Positions 31,243 to 41,003 of a DNA stretch of 64,000 bases are shown here, in pieces. The translations under genes and the position numbers were made by a program. The stretch's first letter is position 1, and the number at the start of each line of letters is the position of its first letter. The notes beneath the pieces were generated by a model, which searched no databases, was not told the origin of the DNA, and saw only the letters and a program-made list of their open reading frames with translations. The DNA is from Candidatus Latescibacterota bacterium (GTDB lineage: Bacteria > Latescibacterota > UBA2968), in the NCBI GenBank assembly GCA_965222605.1, contig OZ244960.1, positions 2,496,001-2,560,000 on the forward strand, read 5' to 3'.

Positions 31243-31301
31243 CAGTCAAAACCTCTGGATTGCGGCTCAAAACCATGCCGCAATGACAGTCAAAACCTCT
31301 G
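31243..31301. repeat. Hairpin flanked by 15-bp direct repeats
   Basis: cagtcaaaacctctg at 31243 and 31287 bracket attgcggc-N10-gccgcaat. Confidence 0.8.
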
Positions 31302-31325
31302 AATTAAGTTAATAAACAAACTCTT

Positions 31326-32351
31326 TCATATTCTAAACCGCTCAAAAACCAGATACTGATACGAATGTTCTTCCCCCGCCTCATACAAACACCCAATATC
31401 CCCATCGGGTAACAGAGTTAGGCAGGAATACGCTGCGGGACCCTCGTGCAACAGCTTTTCCCGGGACCACGTCTCCCCGCCATCCTCGCTCAACCGCACA
31501 GTCATATTCACGCGCTCCCCTCTTCCCTTGCCCGGATAAAACCGTTCTCCAGCTTCGGGACTTTCTACCGGCGTGACCGACACGGGATTTGAAAAAATCA
31601 ACCGGTCGCCTTCGCCTATCAAACTCGCCTGACATTTCGGACATGGCAAATTCGCATCGTGTACAACCTCTGACCAATTGTGACCACCATCCCCACTAAC
31701 CGAAATCCCCCGCAACCCCTCACTATACGTCTGCATCCGAATATTCATCTTCAACGACCCATCCCCCAGTTCCACAACCTGACATTCATTCGCACCCGGC
31801 GTGATCAACGCACTCAACTGCCAAGTTGCCCCGTGGTCATCGCTATAAATCGTATGTGAACCATTCCCATAATTCCCATCCTCCCGATGATCGCACGGAA
31901 TCACCAGCCGCCCCCTGTGCTCCCCGCGTTGCAATTGAATCCCAACACCCGGACCCGTCGCATACCAACCCCATGCAGGCCTCTTCACAGCCGCAGTAAT
32001 ATCCACAGGATCGGCCCACGTCTCCCCATCATCTGCACTATGCGTCATGAACACATCGTCATTCTCTCGACAAAACGGCAACCAGATCACACCCGTATCA
32101 CCATCCACCACAGGACACGGATTGCCAATCGTCACCTCTCCAGGCTCGCCGTAAATCAACAACTGTTCAGACCACGTCTCCCCACCGTCCTCCGACCGCT
32201 TCACCAGCAAATCGAGATCCCCATGATCCCCGCGCCCCGTGCGCCTCCCCTCGCAAAACGCCAGCAAAGTCCCCGCCTTTGTCACCAGCAATGCGGGAAT
32301 GCGATACGTGTGATACCCATCTTCTCCACTGGTAAATACATGTGTTTTCAT
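31326..32351 (-). CDS. Sialidase family (GH33-like) protein
   Basis: YRIP motif and five Asp-boxes (e.g. SEDGGETW, SDDHGATW); AYSCL. Confidence 0.9.
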   Translation of the reverse strand: MKTHVFTSGEDGYHTYRIPALLVTKAGTLLAFCEGRRTGRGDHGDLDLLVKRSEDGGETWSEQLLIYGEPGEVTIGNPCPVVDGDTGVIWLPFCRENDDVFMTHSADDGETWADPVDITAAVKRPAWGWYATGPGVGIQLQRGEHRGRLVIPCDHREDGNYGNGSHTIYSDDHGATWQLSALITPGANECQVVELGDGSLKMNIRMQTYSEGLRGISVSGDGGHNWSEVVHDANLPCPKCQASLIGEGDRLIFSNPVSVTPVESPEAGERFYPGKGRGERVNMTVRLSEDGGETWSREKLLHEGPAAYSCLTLLPDGDIGCLYEAGEEHSYQYLVFERFRI

Positions 32352-32450
32352 TTTTTCTCCTTATTCTCTCTTGAAAGCGATGGCAAAAGAGGATATATTT
32401 ATGAAAATTGGATGCCTATTTGACACCATCAGCCAGATTGGAAATAAAAA

Positions 32451-32738
32451 ATGCTAACCGTCAAAGATGCTGTGCAGAAAGCCTTTCTATTTGTTCAAGA
32501 TATTTATGGTCCCGAAATTTATCAGCTTGAATTAGAAGAAACCGAGCTTTCAGAGGATGAAAAATATTGGTTAATCACCGTAAGTTTTGATATACCATTT
32601 GAAGCAGTACCCGCCAGCCAGTTAATACTCGGTTCAAAAGAACCGAAGACCAAGTTTAAAACAATGAAAATTGATATAGAAACTGAAAAAGTCATATCTA
32701 TGAAAATCAGGGAGGTATATGAACCAGCAAATCAATGA
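32451..32738 (+). CDS. Small hypothetical protein, partner of the PIN-domain gene
   Basis: AT-rich 95-aa ORF (LEETELSEDEKYWLITVSF...SMKIRE) overlapping the PIN gene. Confidence 0.75.
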   Translation: MLTVKDAVQKAFLFVQDIYGPEIYQLELEETELSEDEKYWLITVSFDIPFEAVPASQLILGSKEPKTKFKTMKIDIETEKVISMKIREVYEPANQ

Positions 32739-33219
32739 AATTTTTGATCGTTATAAGCAATCTGGCATTCTTATTGATACAAATATTCTTCTCCTTTACT
32801 TCGTTGGCTCTTATGATATTCAACAGATATCCAGGTTTAAACGGACAAAACAATTTGTAATAGAAGATTACAAGCTATTAACGCGCATCTGGAATTTTTT
32901 CAAAAAAATTGTTACAACACCTCATATCCTCACTGAAGTCAGCAATTGGGGTAACCAACTTGCTCAATATCACAAACCGGGCTTCTACGAACAATTTGCT
33001 TCAAAAATAAAACTCCTCGAAGAACACCATCAACCTGCTCAAGCCCTATCACAAATTGAATATTTTTCCAGATTTGGACTAACAGATACGGGAATTATAC
33101 AATTAGTTCAAGGACAATATCTCGTACTTACTGATGATTTTCGCTTGTCCCAATACCTGTCAAAAATCCAGGTAGATGCGATTAATTTTAATCACATACG
33201 TATGTATAATTGGTCTTGA
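32719..33219 (+). CDS. PIN-domain nuclease (VapC-like)
   Basis: ILIDTNILL, ILTEVSN, GLTDTGI, LVLTDDF; RBS ggagg. Confidence 0.88.
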   Translation: MNQQINEIFDRYKQSGILIDTNILLLYFVGSYDIQQISRFKRTKQFVIEDYKLLTRIWNFFKKIVTTPHILTEVSNWGNQLAQYHKPGFYEQFASKIKLLEEHHQPAQALSQIEYFSRFGLTDTGIIQLVQGQYLVLTDDFRLSQYLSKIQVDAINFNHIRMYNWS

Positions 33220-33233
33220 ATTACGTCCTGACA

Positions 33234-34109
33234 CTATGACTCCTCCAAAGGGACCAGACGCAGTGCATTCTCGCAATAAATCTTCCGCCTGACATCCCGA
33301 GGCAAATCCAACCCATCCAGATGCACCTGCAACGCATTCCCCGGAGCATCGCGCCCAAACAGCAAACGATCTTGATACTCAATCAAAAAATCCCGCCCCC
33401 CATCCGCCATCCGCTGCAACGCATTCAAACCAGAACCCGCCGACAAATCTGCCCACAGATTCGAAAATTGTGCAAACATATCGAACAAGCGCCCCCCCGG
33501 CACAATCTCTCCCGAAGGATATGTCTCCGGATCCTTGGCCTCATCCCCACTCACATGCCGCCAGAAACCAGGCGCGTGACCGACAAACGTCGTATCCGGA
33601 CACGCCTGTAATGCCTGTACCAGCGCGCCAATCTCCCCGCCATACCAGGCCTCCTGATACAACCCATTCAAAAACGGCGTATCAATATGCAAAACCACTG
33701 GCGCACCCAACTCACCCGCCTTGCGAAACAACAGAATCGCACGGGGATCATTCAACAACATCCGATAGCTCCACTCCCCGCACACCCGAACACCATGCGA
33801 ATAATACGCCGCCTCAAAAAGCCCTGCGGCATCGCCCTCTGAAGGACAAGGACAATATCCCGCCACAAAACGATCGGGATATTTCTCACACGCCCGCGAA
33901 AGATCATTCAACGTCGTTCCCGCGTGCGTGCCATCGGGCCGTGCATTGACCGGATTAAACACGCGATGGCTACTCGCGATATGCTCATCCGGCGGCAAAT
34001 ACCACGTGAGCAACCACGCCACATCATAGCCGAACTGATCCATCTCATTCAGCACGCCCTCGGCATTGAGACCGTGATAATAAATGTGATTGTGCGCATC
34101 AATAATCAT
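33234..34109 (-). CDS. Amidohydrolase_2 family metallo-hydrolase
   Basis: IIDAHNH, PVVLH, FVGHAPGFW, LLFGRD. Confidence 0.85.
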   Translation of the reverse strand: MIIDAHNHIYYHGLNAEGVLNEMDQFGYDVAWLLTWYLPPDEHIASSHRVFNPVNARPDGTHAGTTLNDLSRACEKYPDRFVAGYCPCPSEGDAAGLFEAAYYSHGVRVCGEWSYRMLLNDPRAILLFRKAGELGAPVVLHIDTPFLNGLYQEAWYGGEIGALVQALQACPDTTFVGHAPGFWRHVSGDEAKDPETYPSGEIVPGGRLFDMFAQFSNLWADLSAGSGLNALQRMADGGRDFLIEYQDRLLFGRDAPGNALQVHLDGLDLPRDVRRKIYCENALRLVPLEES

Positions 34110-34140
34110 AGTTAAAACCCCCAGCTTTTGCGATTTTTCC

Positions 34141-34169
34141 TTGACGAAGATACAATAAAAAAATAAAAT
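34141..34169 (+). promoter_or_regulatory. Putative sigma70 promoter of pyrD
   Basis: TTGACG-17 bp-TAAAAT. Confidence 0.6.
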
Positions 34170-34223
34170 TAACCCCGCGCTATTGACGCGGCCACAACGC
34201 GAAAGGAAATAACCCCAGATCAA

Positions 34224-35168
34224 ATGTCCAATACCATCAAAAAATTAGATCTCTCGACCAAAGTCGCCAAAAGGCTCACACTCAAGAACCCCGTCCTCAT
34301 GGCCTCGGGCACTTTTGGACACGGCGCCGAATACGCATCGCTCTTTGACCTGAGCAAAATCGGCGGCATCGTCACAAAAACCATCACCTATCACCCCCGA
34401 GCGGGCAACCCACCGCCGCGCACTGCCGAAACCCCATCCGGCATGCTCAACGCCATTGGACTGACCAACCCGGGCATCGACGCATTCATCGCCGAAAAAA
34501 TCCCCCCCCTATCTTCTCTCAACACGGGACGCATCGTCAGCATAGCAGGGACATCGGACCAGGAATTTGCCGACATGGCCGCCCGGTTCAACGACCTCGA
34601 AGGCGTAGATGCACTCGAACTCAACATCTCATCGCCCAACATGAAAGACGGAGGCATGCTCTTTGGCTGTTCCGAGCGCGCCGCCCACAATGTAACGCGA
34701 GCCGTCAAAGCCGTATCGCAATTACCCATCATTGTCAAACTCACCCCAAATGTAACCGACATTGCCGCCATAGCCGGCGCAGTCGAAGAAGGCGGAGCGG
34801 ACGGCATCGCCCTCATCAATACCCTGCTGGGCATGGCCATTGACATTGACACGCGACGCCCTATCCTGGGAAATATCACAGGCGGCTTATCTGGTCCCGC
34901 AATCAAACCCGTCGCCCTCGCCCTGCTCTGGAAAGTCGTCAATCGGGTCTCTGTCCCGGTCATCGGCATGGGCGGCATAGCCACAGCACGCGACGCCATC
35001 GAATTTCTCATCGTTGGCGCCTCCGCCATTCAAGTCGGAACGACAACCTTTGTTCGCCCTCTTGCAGCCCTGGAGATACTCAATGGCATTGCCAACTATT
35101 GCAAGGCAAACGAAATTGACCGCATATCCGACCTGGTCGGCAGCATGCAATTACCTGCTGCGCAATAA
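34224..35168 (+). CDS. pyrD: Dihydroorotate dehydrogenase, family 1 catalytic subunit
   Basis: NPVLMASGTFG, GNPPPR, NAIGLTNPG, VKLTPNV, INTL, GGLSGPAIKP. Confidence 0.93.
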   Translation: MSNTIKKLDLSTKVAKRLTLKNPVLMASGTFGHGAEYASLFDLSKIGGIVTKTITYHPRAGNPPPRTAETPSGMLNAIGLTNPGIDAFIAEKIPPLSSLNTGRIVSIAGTSDQEFADMAARFNDLEGVDALELNISSPNMKDGGMLFGCSERAAHNVTRAVKAVSQLPIIVKLTPNVTDIAAIAGAVEEGGADGIALINTLLGMAIDIDTRRPILGNITGGLSGPAIKPVALALLWKVVNRVSVPVIGMGGIATARDAIEFLIVGASAIQVGTTTFVRPLAALEILNGIANYCKANEIDRISDLVGSMQLPAAQ

Positions 35169-35619
35169 AATTTCTCATCTACTCTGTATCCTCCTCTGTG
35201 TCTCTATCATGGGATGTGCATCGCATCCCCGCTATCGCGGCAAACCCATCACAGACAAACCAAAAACTTCCAAACCCTCCAAACCCTCCAGGACCGTATC
35301 CCCGTCTCCAAAATACCGATCATCTCAAATTGGCTACACGTCCTACTACGCGCACAAATTTCACGGACGACCAACAGCCAGCGGTGAAATCTACGACATG
35401 AACGGCCTATCCGCTGCACACCGCGAATTGCCCCTCGGCACGATAATTCGCGTCACGCATCTAAGCAATGGCAAATCCGTCGTCGTCAAAGTAAATGACC
35501 GCGGGCCTTTTGTCAGCGGACGCATCCTCGACCTCTCCCTCGGCGCGGCCAAAAAGCTCGACATGGTCAAAGAAGGCGTTGCCAGAGTCAAAATCGAAAT
35601 TGTCAAATCCGTCAATTAG
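35155..35619 (+). CDS. rlpA: Septal ring lytic transglycosylase RlpA family lipoprotein (start uncertain)
   Basis: Lipobox IMG-C; SYY...FHGRPTASGE, AAHRELP, VNDRGPF, DLS. Confidence 0.88.
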   Translation: MLRNKISHLLCILLCVSIMGCASHPRYRGKPITDKPKTSKPSKPSRTVSPSPKYRSSQIGYTSYYAHKFHGRPTASGEIYDMNGLSAAHRELPLGTIIRVTHLSNGKSVVVKVNDRGPFVSGRILDLSLGAAKKLDMVKEGVARVKIEIVKSVN

Positions 35620-35646
35620 TTCCTTTTTCTATCGTAGGATAATTTG

Positions 35647-36024
35647 ATGAAATGGAAAGAATGGCAAACTGCAGCAGACGATGAAACTCTGTGGATAGAT
35701 AATAAAGAAAAAGGGCTACTCAAAGCCGAATATCTGACCGGTTACGTCTTGCGCCTCTGGTTTGAAGAAGACCTCGATATTTCCATTTATGATCTGGATT
35801 TTTATCCGCTCTTTGTTGAAGAGAATCCAGGAGGCGTTTTTGAGTTGCTACGCAATAAGGAGCGATTTCATCAGGCGATTGGCGACTATGCCTTGATCTG
35901 GCCCAATCCCGAAACCGGTGAATATGACGAACAAGCCATTGATCTTGCTCCCGAATGTGTACGTTTTTTTTGTGAACGTTTTGGCAAAATTGTAAAAGGC
36001 CTCCAGGAGGAACAGGTCGCCTGA
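35647..36024 (+). CDS. DUF2442-like protein
   Basis: AEYLTGYVLRLWF...GVFELL...ALIWPN...DLAPE pattern. Confidence 0.7.
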   Translation: MKWKEWQTAADDETLWIDNKEKGLLKAEYLTGYVLRLWFEEDLDISIYDLDFYPLFVEENPGGVFELLRNKERFHQAIGDYALIWPNPETGEYDEQAIDLAPECVRFFCERFGKIVKGLQEEQVA

Positions 36025-36059
36025 TACGAAGCTCGATATTTTAACAAGTCCATTCCCTC

Positions 36060-37091
36060 CTATTCCCCTTCTCCTTCCCTATTCCAATATTCATACATAT
36101 CCGCAATAACATCATCAATCGGGGCGCGGTGGGTTTCCACATCGTGAATAGTCGTTTGCTCGGCCGCTTGATCGAGCAACGTAGGTATCGGCGTTTGTGC
36201 CGCGTCGAACGTGAAGTGATGGCGATTGCTCTCGCTCTCGATAAATTGAACGCCTGAAAGTTGCGGCGGAGACGTGTCGGCAGTTTCGATAATAAGATGC
36301 CGACGGTCGCCAAATTGACCGCGCAATTGCCCAAAGTCTCCGTCAAAAGCGATATGGCCCTTATCGATCATCACAATGCGCCCCGCGAGTTGCTCAAGCT
36401 CATCCATATCATGGCTCGTGATCATGACAGTAACGCCTTTTTCGCGGTTGAGATTCTTGATAAAATCGAGAATATTGCGTTTGGCAAGCACGTCAACCCC
36501 AATGGTAGGTTCATCGAGAAAGAGAATTTCGGGTTCGTGCATAAGCATAAGCGCGAGATCTGCGCGCATCTTTTGCCCAAGACTGAGTTGACGAGCGAGA
36601 CTATTAAAAAATTCGCCAATACCCAGCAGATCTTTAACAAAATCGAGCATAGCATTATACCGGTCGCGGGGAATATCCCAGACCACGCGCTTCCACTCAA
36701 AACTGGCTGCCACGGGCTGATCCCACCACAACTCTGTTCGCTGACCAAAAACCACGCCGATGCGCTCGACATAATGGACGCGATCCTTCATAGGATCCAT
36801 GCCCAAGCATTGAACAGTTCCAGAAGTAGGTGCAAGAACACTGGAAAGGAGCTTCACAGTAGTGGATTTTCCCGCGCCATTGGGTCCCGCATAGGCGACG
36901 ATCTCGCCGTGGCGAATATCGAGAGTAACCTTCTGCAACGCGCGAATTTCTCGGATATTGGGACGAAACAAATTCTTGAAAACATCCCGAACCTTCTCCG
37001 AACGCTGGCGCTGATAAAAAATTTTATCGACCTCGGTGAGCTTAACCGCGATGTCCAAATCCGAGGTAGCGCTGTGATCCGGTCTGTTCAT
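36060..37091 (-). CDS. ABC transporter ATP-binding protein
   Basis: GPNGAGKST, VVFGQRTELWWD, LSLGQ, FLDEPTIG. Confidence 0.93.
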   Translation of the reverse strand: MNRPDHSATSDLDIAVKLTEVDKIFYQRQRSEKVRDVFKNLFRPNIREIRALQKVTLDIRHGEIVAYAGPNGAGKSTTVKLLSSVLAPTSGTVQCLGMDPMKDRVHYVERIGVVFGQRTELWWDQPVAASFEWKRVVWDIPRDRYNAMLDFVKDLLGIGEFFNSLARQLSLGQKMRADLALMLMHEPEILFLDEPTIGVDVLAKRNILDFIKNLNREKGVTVMITSHDMDELEQLAGRIVMIDKGHIAFDGDFGQLRGQFGDRRHLIIETADTSPPQLSGVQFIESESNRHHFTFDAAQTPIPTLLDQAAEQTTIHDVETHRAPIDDVIADMYEYWNREGEGE

Positions 37092-37875
37092 AGTGCTGCA
37101 TTCCTTTTTTAAATAAAATCCATGCAAAAAAACAAAAAACCATAGCGACGAGCGGCGTATGCCACAGACTCGACGGGGCAATACCCAGCAATTGGCGGCA
37201 GGGATACCACGCGACAAATCCAACGGGCAAGACAGTAAGCATACTGGCGAGCACATAGCTACTTAGCCCATCCAGTGGAAAAGATTTGAGCTGATACATA
37301 AAATTGACCGCACGACTGCTGATTTCTTCGGCGGCAACAGGTGCCCAAAATGCCAGACTCCCCCACATAAAAGAGAAGGCGAGCACAATAGCGCATGAGG
37401 ACAGGAGATTACAGGCAAACATAAGCCACCAGTACAGCGTAAACACCGTGTCGAGTTGAAAAAATGCCCAGGTCGCAATACCAATCCCGGTGAGCAAAGA
37501 CCACGAACCGGAAAAAGGCATAAAACCCTCGGTCAATAACCCCATCCACACAGGCTGGGGTTGTACGAGCGTATGATCCATCTGACCGCGCCCAATGCGA
37601 CGGCTGATATGGAGGACATTATAGCTAAACCCCATATCTAAAAGACCGCGAACAAGCGCGGCATAACCCAGCATAAAAATAATTTGATCGCGCGACCACA
37701 GACCAATACCCTGAAACCGTTCGGCCAGCAGAAAAACCGCTGTAACACCCGCGAGATTGAGAATGATATCCGAAACAATATTAATGAGAAAGAAGCGAAA
37801 ATCCCGCGTCATCCACATAAAATCCAGATAAGCCTGCACGCGCCAGCGGGCGATAAGTTTTATCAAGGTCTTCAC
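37042..37875 (-). CDS. ABC-2 type permease
   Basis: Six TM helices; IGRGQMDHTLVQP motif. Confidence 0.87.
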   Translation of the reverse strand: MKTLIKLIARWRVQAYLDFMWMTRDFRFFLINIVSDIILNLAGVTAVFLLAERFQGIGLWSRDQIIFMLGYAALVRGLLDMGFSYNVLHISRRIGRGQMDHTLVQPQPVWMGLLTEGFMPFSGSWSLLTGIGIATWAFFQLDTVFTLYWWLMFACNLLSSCAIVLAFSFMWGSLAFWAPVAAEEISSRAVNFMYQLKSFPLDGLSSYVLASMLTVLPVGFVAWYPCRQLLGIAPSSLWHTPLVAMVFCFFAWILFKKGMQHYEQTGSQRYLGFGHRG

Positions 37876-37878
37876 GAA

Positions 37879-38676
37879 TTATCCCCCATGCGAAACCAGG
37901 CGTTCGCGATTGGCATTCCAGAGCAAGTGTGCGACGGGCCAGAGAACAACAGCCCAAAAAGCTTGAAGACCAATAAGAAAAAGGGGATCACCCGTACCGG
38001 TATAAATGCGTAAAGGCGCAGAAGCCAGCGATGCAAAAGGCAAATAAACGAGCACATCTCCAATACCCCAGGGCATCAGCGCGAGCGGAATAATCGCGCC
38101 CGACAACAAAACACTGACCGCATCTCGAATCTGCGTCAAAGCATAGACATGTTGTTCCAGCACAACCATAAGACTCGCAAAAATGAAATCAAACGCCGCG
38201 CCGATGGCAATACCCAGAATCAAACTACAAAAAAATAAAACGCCCGCAAGCGCACTTTCCGGCAATGGATTAACCCCCAGAAGTGGCGCCAGACAAAAAA
38301 GCGGCAAAGAGAACAAAATCAGATTGGGCAAACCCGAACCAAACATCTCCGCAATAAACTGACCGTAAATACCCACCGGACGCAAAAAGCGATTGGCTAT
38401 ATCCCCGCGCCAGAGTGCCCCATCCAGACCTGTACGCACAGAAATCTGCCCGGCAAAAACCTCGGCAATCAGGGTATAGGTAAGCACCGCATTGCGCGTC
38501 ATCCCAGAGACCTCCCCGGACTCCGGCAACAACATGCGCCAGAGAGAAAGCAGAAACACAACGCGCAACAGGCGCAACCCAGAGCCACCAACAATAACCC
38601 ACCCCTTGTCATCCAGGGATCGGGTGGCAACCATGACAATCGTCTTGAGATGTTTATGGGCTGTAACAAACATCAT
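37879..38676 (-). CDS. ABC-2 type permease
   Basis: Multi-TM; GDIANRFLRP, LSGAIIPL, C-terminal HGG; coupled to the hemY stop (GTG 38679 or ATG 38676). Confidence 0.87.
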   Translation of the reverse strand: MMFVTAHKHLKTIVMVATRSLDDKGWVIVGGSGLRLLRVVFLLSLWRMLLPESGEVSGMTRNAVLTYTLIAEVFAGQISVRTGLDGALWRGDIANRFLRPVGIYGQFIAEMFGSGLPNLILFSLPLFCLAPLLGVNPLPESALAGVLFFCSLILGIAIGAAFDFIFASLMVVLEQHVYALTQIRDAVSVLLSGAIIPLALMPWGIGDVLVYLPFASLASAPLRIYTGTGDPLFLIGLQAFWAVVLWPVAHLLWNANRERLVSHGG

Positions 38677-40049
38677 CACTCCCCAAAAATCCGATCCACC
38701 GTATCCACCGCCTGCACAATACAATCGGGAATCGCCGATCCGCGATATGCACTCCCCGTCAAATACAACCCGCCCACCTGCCCGGCGAGATGCTCCATTT
38801 CAGCCACGCGATCCAAATGCCCCACATCGAATTGAGGGCGTCCTCTTTTCCAGCGAAAAATGCGCGCAAACACAGGATCCGCCGTCAACCCCATCAAATC
38901 CTCCAATTCTTCTCGCGACTGTGCAACCAGCACCTCATCATCCAGATCCACCAGATCTTCACGCCCTGTTCCCCCCACAAATGTACGCACCAAAACACCA
39001 TCGTCTGGCGCGCGAAAATTCAGCTTTGTCGAAACCCATGTACACGCCGTAATCCTACGCCCCTCATGCTTTGGCGACAAAAATCCAAATCCCTCAAAAT
39101 CGTGCTGTTCTTCAACATCTCTCTTCCGATACGCCAGTGAAACCGTCGCCGTTGAAACATAGCGAATACCGCGCAACATAAGACTCAAATCCGACGCGAA
39201 ATCAGCCACCAGATCAGCGGACACATAAGCGGGCGTCGCCATCACCACGGCATCCGTCTCAATCACCTCATCGCCTGCGACCACCTCAAATCCACCATCC
39301 GCTTTTCGCACAGACCCAACCGCAACCCCCCGGCGCAAATCCCCATCCAACCGCGCGACCAAAGTATCGACCATCTCCCCCAGCCCGCCGATCAGAGTTT
39401 GAAACATCGCAGGGGATTTCGCGTGCGTCTTCTTCATCGCCCGCACCCCCTTAATCAAACTGCCATAGCGCTGCTCCATCGCCACATACATCGGAAACGC
39501 GCTTTGCATGCTCAAACGCTCTGCATCTGCACTGTGGATACCCGCCAGCATCGCCCCGCCAATTTTTACAGCCTCCACGCCCAATCGCCGCCCAATAAAA
39601 CTCGCCAAACTCTCATCGCCCTCGTCTCTGCTCCGCGGAATAAACACCTCCAGCCCCATCCTCACCTTTCCACAAAACGAATACAGCGGCGAAGTCACAA
39701 GGGGCCAGAACTTTGAAGGCACCAGCGAAAAATCCTCTGGAAAAGCCACGAGTTCCCCATTCCGCACCAAAAATGTACGCTGCCGATCATTATTCGTCGG
39801 GATCAACCGATCCGCCAATCCCAGATCCTTACACAACTGAACACCCGCGGGTTTTTGCGTCAGCAACAAATCCGGCCCGCCCTCAATCAAAAATCCATCC
39901 ACGGATTCCGTCGCGATCTTCCCGCCCCACCGGTCACTGCTTTCCAGCAAAGCATACTGGATCTCACGACCCTGTTCTCTCGCTTTTTTTTCCAAATAAA
40001 AAGCGGTCGCAAGACCCGCTATGCCACCGCCAATAATAGTTATATGCAT
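38676..40049 (-). CDS. hemY: HemY-type protoporphyrinogen/coproporphyrinogen oxidase
   Basis: IIGGGIAGL FAD motif, GGKI, EGGPD, PQFDVGH, GSAIPDCI. Confidence 0.92.
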   Translation of the reverse strand: MHITIIGGGIAGLATAFYLEKKAREQGREIQYALLESSDRWGGKIATESVDGFLIEGGPDLLLTQKPAGVQLCKDLGLADRLIPTNNDRQRTFLVRNGELVAFPEDFSLVPSKFWPLVTSPLYSFCGKVRMGLEVFIPRSRDEGDESLASFIGRRLGVEAVKIGGAMLAGIHSADAERLSMQSAFPMYVAMEQRYGSLIKGVRAMKKTHAKSPAMFQTLIGGLGEMVDTLVARLDGDLRRGVAVGSVRKADGGFEVVAGDEVIETDAVVMATPAYVSADLVADFASDLSLMLRGIRYVSTATVSLAYRKRDVEEQHDFEGFGFLSPKHEGRRITACTWVSTKLNFRAPDDGVLVRTFVGGTGREDLVDLDDEVLVAQSREELEDLMGLTADPVFARIFRWKRGRPQFDVGHLDRVAEMEHLAGQVGGLYLTGSAYRGSAIPDCIVQAVDTVDRIFGE

Positions 40050-40070
40050 ATCGCTATCAGCCCCCGCCTC

Positions 40071-41003
40071 TCAAATCACCTCTTCCACCGCATCCGCAAT
40101 CGCTTCGATAAACACGGGATCGCTATTCATCATCTCGGTGCGTTCGAGGCGAATCCCGCGTTGTTGCGCAATCTCCTGGCAACCAATATCAATATCGTAA
40201 AGCACCTCCACGTGATCGCACACAAAACCAATTGGCGCGACCAGAACATCGCGATAATTGCCAGAGGCCAGTGCGGGAATCACATCTTCAATCTGCGGCC
40301 CCAACCAGGGTTCGCCCGTATTTGCGGCACTCTGATATGAAAACATCCAATCCACCGGTCCCAATTGATCCACAATCGCCTGTGCATTGCACATTAATTC
40401 ATCGTCATAAGGATCGCCCATTTTCAGCAACCGGGCCGGCAAGCTATGCGCCGAAAAAACCACCTTTGCCTTCTGCCTCGCATCCTCCGGAAATTTTTCC
40501 AATCCCGCCTTCACCTTTGCCGTCTGTGCATTGATCAACCGGGGCTGATCGCACCACGAATTGACATAGACAAATTCAATAGCACTCCCCACTTCTTTTT
40601 GGGCATCCTCGACCTTCTGTTGATAGAGCCCAATACTCATCCGCGAATAATGCGGCGCCATCACAATACCCACGGCCTTTTCAACACCATCCTCCTGCAT
40701 CTTTGCCACCGCCTCTACAATCCGCGGTTTCCAGTGACGCATCCCCGCATATGTCTTCACATTCCGCCCGCGCTTTTTCAACACCGCCTCAACATGCCCC
40801 GCCTGCTCAAACGTGCGTTCATTCAGTGGCGACTTGCCACCGATCTGTGCGTAGCGATTGCGAAACTCCGCCACAAATTCTGGCGACATCGGCCTGCCAC
40901 CCCGAATATCACTCAAATAAGCCGCCATATCGTCCAGCGAATCGGGACTGCCATAAGCCATTAAAAGCACGCCTATTGTTTTCTCATCGCGTCGTATATT
41001 CAT
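40071..41003 (-). CDS. hemH: Ferrochelatase
   Basis: VLLMAYGSP, GGKSPL, FSAHSLP, PWLGP, GFVCDHVEVLYDID. Confidence 0.93.
   Translation of the reverse strand: MNIRRDEKTIGVLLMAYGSPDSLDDMAAYLSDIRGGRPMSPEFVAEFRNRYAQIGGKSPLNERTFEQAGHVEAVLKKRGRNVKTYAGMRHWKPRIVEAVAKMQEDGVEKAVGIVMAPHYSRMSIGLYQQKVEDAQKEVGSAIEFVYVNSWCDQPRLINAQTAKVKAGLEKFPEDARQKAKVVFSAHSLPARLLKMGDPYDDELMCNAQAIVDQLGPVDWMFSYQSAANTGEPWLGPQIEDVIPALASGNYRDVLVAPIGFVCDHVEVLYDIDIGCQEIAQQRGIRLERTEMMNSDPVFIEAIADAVEEVI

Noticed and set aside
31243-31301. Mini CRISPR array
   Set aside because: Only two 15-bp repeats, the inner segment is itself a hairpin, and there are no cas genes.
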